From positions 124,001-188,000 of the forward strand of contig CAXHJY010000031.1 in assembly GCA_964016885.1 (NCBI GenBank): a stretch of 64,000 nt of DNA, in the 5' to 3' direction. Both the position numbers and the translations under genes were made by a program. The stretch is from Eledone cirrhosa (Eukaryota). Each line of letters begins with the position of its first letter. The stretch's first letter is position 1. The notes under the pieces were generated by a model. The model was given only the letters and a program-made list of their open reading frames with translations. It made no database searches and had not been told where the DNA came from. Positions 53,310-64,000 of this stretch are shown piece by piece.

Positions 53310-53478
53310 TGACGAGGTTTCGCGTTGTACATAGACAAATCAGGTCTTCTGTATTACTGCGTAGTGCCAAAGATCTCTGTCCAGTGACATTGTCTTGGAG
53401 AGATGTATGTAAGGTCGGAATTTATCAGATCGTCCCAGGTTTTTCTGGGTCTGCCTACTCCGTAACTTCCATCAATTT
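53310..53478 (-). mobile_element. RTE 3' coding fragment
   Basis: IDGSYGVGRPRKTWDDLINSDL on the minus strand. Confidence 0.6.
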
Positions 53479-53669
53479 TGATATATATATATGTGTGTGT
53501 GTATATATTTGTCCTGGGTATGACATTAAACTACATCCAGTGGCAAGGCTCAAGTTCAGGAGGAACTGTGGGGAACGTGGAGTTACCCCCTTAGTTGTCA
53601 TAACTCCCAGGTCTGCTCTGGCCTGGTGTAGTAGTACCTGTTAGGGCCCCTTTTATAGGTTAAATAATA

Positions 53670-54170
53670 AGATGACAGATCGGGGTACCCCTATCAAAGG
53701 CCTTCTCTAGGTCAACAAAGGCTAAGTATAGTGGCTTATTTTTCTCTAAGAACCTCTCTTGTAATTGTCTCATCAAGAAGAGGGCATCTGTTGTACTATT
53801 CCCAGGCACAAAACCAAACTGCATCTCATCTAGTTTGACCCTTTCTCTAATTAGTTGTGCTAATATCCTTTCTGCCACTTTCATAACCTGATCCATCAGT
53901 TTTATACCCCTATAATTTCTCCTCTCAAGAGCATCCCCTTTACTTTTGCACTAGTCTTTGGGTATGACACTGCCATATATAGCCTGATTGATGTGTGCAA
54001 CCAGTTTAGTGCCTACGTCCCCTGAGGCCTTCAGCATCTCAACAACTATCTCCGATGGTCCAGCAGCCTCACCATTTTTCATTTCCTTAATTGCCTCTTG
54101 GACCCTATATTCGTCAATCTCAATAGCTGGTTCTTCTGTCTGATCTACTGAGGGTAATTTCTCTCTCTCC
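53670..54170 (-). mobile_element. RTE RT N-terminal fragment (copies ~56935-57420, 60418-60873, 63780-64000)
   Basis: YRGIKLMDQVMKVAERI...QFGFVPGNSTTDA...AFVDLEKAFDR. Confidence 0.88.
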
Positions 54171-54179
54171 CATGTATAT

Positions 54180-54218
<39 letters not shown>

Positions 54219-54389
54219 CTTGAAATATTTGTAAATGTCTGAGAGATTGGCTAAATGTTTTACAGTGTACTGTGCCACTAAACTGCACCATACTAAATCA
54301 CACTACACTACACTGCACTGTACTGTTCACGCTAACGCTACTGTTTTCTATTTTGCAGTTATGATCAGTAAGAGAAAGGAAGTTATTTC

Positions 54390-55800
54390 AACAAAAGCTA
54401 AGTATAGTGGCTTCTAATAACCTCTCTTGTAGTTGTCTCGCTAAGAGGGTATCTGTTGCACTTTTCCCAGGCACATAACCAAACTGCATCGCATCTAGTT
54501 GGACCCTTTCTATAATTAGTTGCGCTAATATCCTTTCTGCCACTTTCACAACCTGATCCATCAGCTTTATTCCTCTATAATTGCTCATGTCCAGAGCATC
54601 TCCTTTACCTTTGTAGCAATTTACGAGAATATTGCTGCAGCAGTCTTTGAGTACAAAACCGACATATATAGCCTGATTTGATGAAGCGTGCAACCAGTTG
54701 AGTGCCTATGTCCCCTGATGCCTGCAGCATCTCGGCAACTATTCCTGACGGTCCAGCGGCCTTACCATTATTCATTTCCTTAATCGCCTCTTAGACCATA
54801 TATTCGTCAATCTGAATAGCTGATCCCTCTGTCGGATGTACTGGGGGGGTAATTTCTCTCTTTCTCACATTGGGTCTCCACATTCATCAGTCTCTCTTAA
54901 TGACATTTCCAGGCCTTTTTTTTCTGACCATCCGTAAAACTAAGTACGCCGGCATCATTAAGCAGACAAACTTAATCTCGATTTGCACTGACACACAGCC
55001 TCGCAATACGGAACACGGCGCGTCTTTGATCTTCTTGTCGAGCAGCCTCCTTGCGTGCTAAGTACACCTAACCTCTAGCTTCTCTCTTAGCGGCTGTATA
55101 TTCTTCTCTACTCGCACTAATTTTGCAAGCATTCCATGCTAGTCTTTAGTCTCCAATGGCCCGATCTACCGTGCTGTCCCACCACCATGTCACTCTCTGT
55201 CTGGTTGGAACTCTGATCCAGCCACAAGTTTCATCAGTAACCTGCAGTAAGGTATCGCATAAGAAATTCCAGTTATCATCTATGTTGTACGACTCTAAAT
55301 CGTCTTCTTTTTCATCATACACATATTGAAGGGCTTTCCTAAATTTGTATTTTAGTGAGAGCTCTTTTAGCTTCCAGACCTTTCTTTTTTCCACACCTTC
55401 CTGTATGTCTCATTCAGTCTCTTGCTTGGGGTACATTCTTCCCCGGGGTATGCCTTTGTATTTGACACCATCTGCCTGTCCCGCTGCCTCACTAGCAAGA
55501 AGTCAATCTGGCTTATGTGCTTGCCTGATTTGTAGGTTATTAGGTGGTTGGCAGATTTGTGTAAGTTAGTGTTGTAGATGGTTAGTGCAATTGCATCGCA
55601 AAATTCAAGAAGTTTCACTGCTTCATTTCTTAAGCCGTAAGTGTGCCCAACACGTACCTCGGTGTAACCATCGTAGAGCTGTCCAACATGACCATTGAAA
55701 TCCCCTGCTAGCATAACGATGTCTCCGTCCTGTCATTGTGGCTGTTTGTAAAAATTGCTTGTAAATGCAGAATTTCTTGTCTTTACCTAGCAGCAGTTTC
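54390..55800 (-). mobile_element. RTE LINE relic: APE endonuclease end, linker and RT start (endonuclease/linker copies ~58530-59295 and 61850-62650)
   Basis: LAGDFNGHVG, N....LLEFC, ITYKSG..SQIDFLL, TWWWD, YKGKGDALDMSNYRGIKL. Confidence 0.88.
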
Positions 55801-55811
55801 TTGCTCTCAAT

Positions 55812-55865
55812 TAACCCTAAAACTAGCCGCAACGCTAACAGTAACACTAACCGTAACACTAACTT
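55812..55865. repeat. Nine degenerate TAACCC-like hexamers (copies ~59304 and ~62658)
   Basis: taaccc taaaac tagccg caacgc taacag taacac taaccg taacac taactt. Confidence 0.7.
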
Positions 55866-56125
55866 ATGCAGGCCTAGGTAAAGACGAGAAAGATAAAACA
55901 AGGAGTGATGCTATTTGAATTTTGTGATGCAAGTGTTTTAACAATTTGCAAAACCAACTTCCGCAAACCTGCCAACTGCCTAATAACCTACGAATTAGGC
56001 AAGCACAGAAGCCGGATTTCTCGGTAGTTAGGCAGCGAGACAGACAGATGGTGTGAAGTACCAGGGTGTGCCCCGGGGAGGACTGTTTCCCACAGCGTGG
56101 GTTGGTTGTTGGTGATGTCTCGGTG
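55866..56125 (+). mobile_element. Inverted (plus-strand) RTE endonuclease fragment
   Basis: Diverged reverse complement of ~55440-55625; YAGLGKDEKDK, FEFCDASVLTICKTNFRKPANCLITY. Confidence 0.75.
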
Positions 56126-56235
56126 ATCCTGAGACGGAGTGAGAAGTGTAGGTAAATAGATAGACTGATGCACAGATATCTGGATAGATTGATAGAGAGA
56201 TAGATATATAGAGAGCATCATTATCATCGTCTGTT

Positions 56236-56685
56236 CATCATTTTACGTCCGCTTTTCCCTGCTTGAAAGGGTGGGACAGGTCCTCTTGAGCAAAGCATCT
56301 CTTCACTTGTCACGGTCCTTCGTCATCTCCTTGGTGAGTTTCAGCGATCTGAAGTCGGCTCTCACCACCTCCACCCATGTTTTTCGTGGTCTTCCTCTAC
56401 TGCGTCTCCCTTCTTTACCCAGCGCTCAACCTCCATGCGCATCACATGCCCATACCATCTCAGTCCTCTCTTGCACACCACAACTTATCCCTCTTAAACA
56501 CAGTTTCTCTCTCAACTCGTTTATGCTTGGTCGTTCCCGCACATTGACATTGCACATCCAACGGAGCGTGCTTGCTTCATTTCTCTCCAGCCATCGCATA
56601 CCCTCTGCAGTTGCTGTCCATGTCTCACTACCATGCAGGGTCGCACATCTCGCATAGGCATCATGTAACCACACTTTCGTACGCA
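56236..56685 (-). mobile_element. RTE 3' fragment (copies ~59728-60177 and 63088-63537)
   Basis: LHGSETWTATAEG.RWLERNE...; 3' tail ACGTCCGCTTTTCCCTGCTTG. Confidence 0.88.
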
Positions 56686-56699
56686 TATATATATTTGTA

Positions 56700-56744
<45 letters not shown>

Positions 56745-57528
56745 ATGTATATATATATATGTATGTATATATTTGTCCTGGGTATGACATTAAACTACAT
56801 CCAGTGGCAAGGCTCAAGTTCAGGAGGAACTGTGGGGAACGTGGAGTTACCCCCTTAGTTGTCATAACTCCCAGGTCTGCTCTGGCCTGGTGTAGTAGTA
56901 CCTGTTGGGGGCCCCATTTATAGGTTAAATAATAAGATGACAGATCGGCGTACCCTATCAAAGGCCTTCTCTAGGTCAACAAAGGCAAAGTATAGTGGCT
57001 TATTTTTCTCTAAGAACCTCTCTTGTAATTGTCTCATCAAGAAGAGGGCATCTGTTGTACTATTCCCAGGCACAAAACCAAACTGCATCTCATCTAGTTT
57101 GACCCTTTCTCTAATTAGTTGTGCTAATATCCTTTCTGCCACTTTCATAACCTGATCCATCAGTTTTATATCCCTATAATTTCTCCTCTCAAGAGCGTCC
57201 CCTTTACTTTTGCACTAGTCTTTGGGTATGACACTGCCATATATAGCCTGATTGATGATGTGTGCAACCAGTTTAGTGCCTACGTCCCCTGAGGCCTTCA
57301 GCATCTCAGCAACTATCTCCGATGGTCCAGCAGCCTCACCATTTTTCATTTCCTTAATCGCCTCTTGGACCCTATATTCGTCAATCTCAATAGCTGGTCC
57401 CTCTGTCTGATCTACTGAGGGTAGTGTTTTGTGTTTTGCAGGTATGACCAGTAAGAGCGAGGAAGTTATTTCAAAGGATTTTCGTAATTAAACACTTTTT
57501 TTACCATTATTTTAAGGTATTATCTCGG

Positions 57529-57559
<31 letters not shown>

Positions 57560-60191
57560 GGACCTCTTGATAAGACGAAATGACCTGTATAATTTTTTTT
57601 TTCATATTTAGATGGAATAGAAGAAAAAGAAGAGAAATGAAAGCAATGAAATTAAGTTTTAGAGAAAATATACGCCAACGACAATGGAGGTATGATTTCA
57701 GTTTAATCTTAACCTAATGACCACTTTACAGAGTGTACTGGGTGTGTCTTACCTCGCTATGTTTACTGTAAACCCTAGATAACGAATGCCTTGTTGAGTG
57801 TTGTGAATTGTGAACGTGAGGTTGTGTTGTGGGGTTGCTTGGTGAGGTTGCATAAGAAGGGTGTTGTGAGTTTGCATTATGATGTAGCTTTGTGAGGCTT
57901 TGTTGTGAATTGATAAATATTTGAAAACACACCTCTGTCCCCTCAACAGTCAGTCAGTCATTTTCTACTAAAACTCATTGATGCGAGTCCCTAGCATTGT
58001 ATCTGTAAGTACATTATGACTATTTTCTCTTGGTGGACTTGACATTCAAAGATATTTGTATATATTTTGTTGATGTTGTTTGTTAGTTAGGAAATTGCTT
58101 AAAAGCTACTTTGATCACAGCACTTTGTAAAGGCAACATATGTTTAAGATTCTTTTTTTCTTTTATTTTTGTTATTCAGATGACAGAGAAGGCAAAGAAA
58201 GGCACAGAAGAAAAGAACAATGACGATTATTATTATTATTATTACTATTATTATTTGTTTTATTATAATCAAAATATGCTGTTAGTTTGCCTGCTATCCC
58301 ACTACGTGCCTGCTATCGCACTCGATCTTTTGTGTACGTTTTATATAATTTATGCCAGTTCCGTTTCTGCATATCGAACATGGCCATTTCCCTGACGGAA
58401 TAGAGTTTTGTCCTCTTTTCTACTCATCAACACTCATTCGTGACACAAAGTACAGCGGCATCATTGCGGACAGACTTAATCCCGATTTGCACTGACACAC
58501 TGCCTCGCAGTACGGAACAGCGCACATCGTCGAGCAGCCTCCTTGCATGCTAAGTACACCTGACGTCTAGCTTCTCTCTTAGCGGCTGTATATTCTTCTC
58601 TACTCGCACTAATTTTGCAAGCATTCCATGCTAGTCTTTAGTCTCCAATGGCCCGATCTACCGTGCTGTCCCACCACCATGTCACTCTCTGTCTGGTTGG
58701 AACTCTGATCCAGCCACAAGTTTCATCAGTAACCTGCAGTAAGGTATCGCATAAGAAATTCCAGTTATCATCTATGTTGTACGACTCTAAATCGTCTTCT
58801 TTTTCATCATACACATATTGAAGGGCTTTCCTAAATTTGTATTTTAGTGAGAGCTCTTTTAGCTTCCAGACCTTTCTTTTTTCCACACCTTCCTGTATGT
58901 CTCATTCAGTCTCTTGCTTGGGGTACATTCTTCCCCGGGGTATGCCTTTGTATTTGACACCATCTGCCTGTCCCGCTGCCTCACTAGCAAGAAGTCAATC
59001 TGGCTTATGTGCTTGCCTGATTTGTAGGTTATTAGGTGGTTGGCAGATTTGTGTAAGTTAGTGTTGTAGATGGTTAGTGCAATTGCATCGCAAAATTCAA
59101 GAAGTTTCACTGCTTCATTTCTTAAGCCGTAAGTGTGCCCAACACGTACCTCGGTGTAACCATCGTAGAGCTGTCCAACATGACCATTGAAATCCCCTGC
59201 TAGCATAACGATGTCTCCGTCCTGTCATTGTGGCTGTTTGTAAAAATTGCTTGTAAATGCAGAATTTCTTGTCTTTACCTAGCAGCAGTTTCTTGCTCTC
59301 AATTAACCCTAAAACTAGCCGCAACGCTAACAGTAACACTAACCGTAACACTAACTTATGCAGGCCTAGGTAAAGATGAGAAAGATAAAACAAGGAGTGA
59401 TGCTATTTGAATTTTGTGATGCAAGTGTTTTAACCATTTGCAAAACCAACTTCCGCAAACCTGCCAACTGCCTAATAACCTACGAATTAGGCAAGCACAG
59501 AAGCCGGATTTCTCGGTAGTTAGGCAGCGAGACAGACAGATGGTGTGAAGTACCAGGGTGTGCCCCGGGGAGGACTGTTTCCCACAGCGTGGGTTGGTTG
59601 TTGGTGATGTCTCGGTGATCCTGAGACGGAGTGAGAAGTGTAGGTAAATAGATAGACTGATGCACAGATATCTGGATAGATTGATAGAGAGATAGATATA
59701 TAGAGAGCATCATTATCATCGTCTGTTGATCATTTTACGTCCGCTTTTCCCTGCTTGAAAGGGTGGGACAGGTCCTCTTGAGCAAAGCATCTCTTCACTT
59801 GTCACGGTCCTTCGTCATCTCCTTGGTGAGTTTCAGCGATCTGAAGTCGGCTCTCACCACCTCCACCCATGTTTTTCGTGGTCTTCCTCTACTGCGTCTC
59901 CCTTCTTTACCCAGCGCTCAACCTCCATGCGCATCACATGCCCATACCATCTCAGTCCTCTCTTGCACACCACAACTTATCCCTCTTAAACACAGTTTCT
60001 CTCTCAACTCGTTTATGCTTGGTCGTTCCCGCACATTGACATTGCACATCCAACGGAGCGTGCTTGCTTCATTTCTCTCCAGCCATCGCATACCCTCTGC
60101 AGTTGCTGTCCATGTTTCACTACCATGCAGGGTCGCACATCTCGCATAGGCATCATGTAACCACACTTTCGTACGCATATATATATTTGTA

Positions 60192-60232
<41 letters not shown>

Positions 60233-63200
60233 ATGTATATATATGTATGTATATATTTGTCCTGGGTATGACATTAAACTACATCCAGTGGCAAGGCTCA
60301 AGTTCAGGAGGAACTGTGGGGAACATGGAGTTACCCCCTTAGTTGTCATAACTCCCAGGTCTGCTCTGGCCTGGTGTAGTAGTACCTGTTGGGGCCCCAT
60401 TTATAGGTTAAATAATAAGATGACAGATCGGCGTACCCTATCAAAGGCCTTCTCTAGGTCAACAAAGGCTAAGTATAGTGGCTTATTTTTCTCTAAGAAC
60501 CTCTCTTGTAATTGTCTCATCAAGAAGAGGGCATCTGTTGTACTATTCCCAGGCACAAAACCAAACTGCATCTCATCTAGTTTGACCCTTTCTCTAATTA
60601 GTTGTGCTAATATCCTTTCTGCCACTTTCATAACCTGATCCATCAGTTTTATATCCCTATAATTTCTCCTCTCAAGAGCGTCCCCTTTACTTTTGCACTA
60701 GTCTTTGGGTATGACACTGCCATATATAGCCTGATTGATGATGTGTGCAACCAGTTTAGTGCCTACGTCCCCTGAGGCCTTCAGCATCTCAGCAACTATC
60801 TCCGATGGTCCAGCAGCCTCACCATTTTTCAATTCCTTAATCGCCTCTTGGACCCTATATTCGTTAATCTCAATTTTAAATGGACCTCTTGATAAGACGA
60901 AATGACCTGTATAATTTTTTTTTCATATTTAGATGGAATAGAAGAAAAAGAAGAGAAATGAAAGCAATGAAATTAAGTTTTAGAGAAAATATACGCCAAC
61001 GACAATGGAGGTATGATTTCAGTTTAATCTTAACCTAATGACCACTTTACAGAGTGTACTGGGTGTGTCTTACCTCGCTATGTTTACTGTAAACCCTAGA
61101 TAACGAATGCCTTGTTGAGTGTTGTGAATTGTGAACGTGAGGTTGTGTTGTGGGGTTGCTTGGTGAGGTTGCATAAGAAGGGTGTTGTGAGTTTGCATTA
61201 TGATGTAGCTTTGTGAGGCTTTGTTGTGAATTGATAAATATTTGAAAACACACCTCTGTCCCCTCAACAGTCAGTCAGTCATTTTCTACTAAAACTCATT
61301 GATGCGAGTCCCTAGCATTGTATCTGTAAGTACATTATGACTATTTTCTCTTGGTGGACTTGACATTCAAAGATATTTGTATATATTTTGTTGATGTTGT
61401 TTGTTAGTTAGGAAATTGCTTAAAAGCTACTTTGATCACAGCACTTTGTAAAGGCAACATATGTTTAAGATTCTTTTTTTCTTTTATTTTTGTTATTCAG
61501 ATGACAGAGAAGGCAAAGAAAGGCACAGAAGAAAAGAACAATGACGATTATTATTATTATTATTACTATTATTATTTGTTTTATTATAATCAAAATATGC
61601 TGTTAGTTTGCCTGCTATCCCACTACGTGCCTGCTATCGCACTCGATCTTTTGTGTACGTTTTATATAATTTATGCCAGTTCCGTTTCTGCATATCGAAC
61701 ATGGCCATTTCCCTGACGGAATAGAGTTTTGTCCTCTTTTCTACTCATCAACACTCATTCGTGACACAAAGTACAGCGGCATCATTGCGGACAGACTTAA
61801 TCCCGATTTGCACTGACACACTGCCTTGCAGTACGGAACAGCGCACGTCGTCGAGCAGCCTCCTTGCATGCTAAGTACACCTGACGTCTAGCTTCTCTCT
61901 TAGCGGCTGTATATTCTTCTCTACTCGCACTAATTTTGCAAGCATTCCATGCTAGTCTTTAGTCTCCAATGGCCCGATCTACCGTGCTGTCCCACCACCA
62001 TGTCACTCTCTGTCTGGTTGGAACTCTGATCCAGCCACAAGTTTCATCAGTAACCTGCAGTAAGGTATCGCATAAGAAATTCCAGTTATCATCTATGTTG
62101 TACGACTCTAAATCGTCTTCTTTTTCATCATACACATATTGAAGGGCTTTCCTAAATTTGTATTTTAGTGAGAGCTCTTTTAGCTTCCAGACCTTTCTTT
62201 TTTCCACACCTTCCTGTATGTCTCATTCAGTCTCTTGCTTAATGAGATATCACTAACGACTAACCTATGCTGTGGGGTACATTCTTCCCTGGGGTATGCC
62301 TTTGCATTTGACACCATCTGCCTGTCCCGCTGCCTAACTAGCAAGAAGTCAATCTGGCTTATGTGCTTGCCTGATTTGTAGGTTATTAGGTGGTTGGCAG
62401 ATTTGTGTAAGTTAGTGTTGTAGATGGTTAGTGCAATTGCATTGCAAAATTCAAGAAGTTTCACTGCTTCATTTCTTAAGCCGTAAGTGTGCCCAACATG
62501 TACCTCAGTGTAACCATCGTAGAGCTGTCCAACATGACCATTGAAATCCCCTGCTAGCATAACGATGTCTCCGTCCTGTCATTGTGGCTGTTTGTAAAAA
62601 TTGCTTGTAAATGCAGAATTTCTTGTCTTTACCTAGCAGCAGTTTCTTGCTCTCAATTAACCCTAAAACTAGTCGTAACGCTAACAGTAACACTAACCGT
62701 AACACTAACTTATGCAGGCCTAGGTAAAGACGAGAAAGATAAAACAAGGAGTGATGCTATTTGAATTTTGTGATGCAAGTGTTTTAACCATTTGCAAAAC
62801 CAACTTCCGCAAACCTGCCAACTGCCTAATAACCTACAAATTAGGCAAGCACAGAAGCCGGATTTCTCGGTAGTTAGGCAGCGAGACAGACAGATGGTGT
62901 GAAGTACCAGGGTGTGCCCCGGGGAGGACTGTTTCCCACAGCGTGGGTTGGTTGTTGGTGATGTCTCGGTGATCCTGAGACGGAGTGAGGAGGGTGTTTA
63001 TAGGTAAATAGATAGACTGATGCACAGATATCTGGATAGATTGATAGAGAGATAGATATATAGAGAGCATCATTATCATCGTCTGTTCATCATTTTACGT
63101 CCGCTTTTCCCTGCTTGAAAGGGTGGGACAGGTCCTCTTGAGCAAAGCATCTCTTCACTTGTCACGGTCCTTCGTCATCTCCTTGGTGAGTTTCAGCGAT

Positions 63201-63551
63201 CTGAAGTCGGCTCTCACCACCTCCACCCATGTTTTTCGTGGTCTTCCTCTACTGCGTCTCCCTTCTTTACCCAGCGCTCAACCTCCATGCGCATCACATG
63301 CCCATACCATCTCAGTCCTCTCTTGCACACCACAACTTATCCCTCTTAAACACAGTTTCTCTCTCAACTCGTTTATGCTTGGTCGTTCCCGCACATTGAC
63401 ATTGCACATCCAACGGAGCGTGCTTGCTTCATTTCTCTCCAGCCATCGCATACCCTCTGCAGTTGCTGTCCATGTTTCACTACCATGCAGGGTCGCACAT
63501 CTCGCATAGGCATCATGTAACCACACTTTCGTACGCATATATATATTTGTA

Positions 63552-63594
<43 letters not shown>

Positions 63595-64000
63595 ATGTAT
63601 ATATATGTATGTATATATTTGTCCTGGGTATGACATTAAACTACATCCAGTGGCAAGGCTCAAGTTCAGGAGGAACTGTGGGGAACATGGAGTTACCCCC
63701 TTAGTTGTCATAACTCCCAGGTCTGCTCTGGCCTGGTGTAGTAGTACCTGTTGGGGCCCCATTTATAGGTTAAATAATAAGATGACAGATCGGCGTACCC
63801 TATCAAAGGCCTTCTCTAGGTCAACAAAGGCTAAGTATAGTGGCTTATTTTTCTCTAAGAACCTCTCTTGTAATTGTCTCATCAAGAAGAGGGCATCTGT
63901 TGTACTATTCCCAGGCACAAAACCAAACTGCATCTCATCTAGTTTGACCCTTTCTCTAATTAGTTGTGCTAATATCCTTTCTGCCACTTTCATAACCTGA

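Larger units (their letters stand above)
53481..64000. repeat. Second tandem array, ~3.3-3.5-kb units starting near 53505, 56770, 60253 and 63615; runs off the right edge
   Basis: ORF track recurs at offsets ~3260, 3483-3492 and 3321-3362; units differ by blocks and indels. Confidence 0.92.

Noticed and set aside
2220-64000. Telomerase RNA template for the 16-mer elsewhere in the window
   Set aside because: No isolated ~1.5-unit copy of the 16-mer was seen outside the array on reading by eye.

Overview
Repeat-dense eukaryotic (animal) DNA with no intact host gene. The mix of RTE LINEs, CORE-type SINEs and (CA)/(TA) microsatellites looks cephalopod/octopus-like, but that assignment is inference. 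The window starts with two simple satellites: a 13-mer (1-745) and a telomere-like 16-mer whose minus strand reads TTAAG-TTAAG-TTGGGG (746-2218). The 16-mer is joined, at a 2-nt microhomology, to a truncated copy of a ~3.45-kb segmental duplication (2217-5670, second copy 7695-11141) that carries a decayed CRE-clade non-LTR retrotransposon (RT plus restriction-like endonuclease). A very young ~10.07-kb tandem array follows (about 4 units, 9263-49310). It is built entirely from dead TE fragments (CRE, RTE, CR1-like, R4/Dong-like, Helitron-like, SINE, a foldback element), with a 252-bp AT-rich filler at each junction. Next come single-copy Merlin, Gypsy and pogo/Tigger relics (49.4-52.3 kb) and a second ~3.3-3.5-kb tandem array of RTE/SINE debris running off the right end. 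The most interesting signal is the left end: a candidate non-canonical chromosome-end system, with a compound telomere-like repeat that looks added de novo at a break and a related 13-mer abutting it in inverted orientation. This is a hypothesis, because the window's position on the chromosome is unknown.
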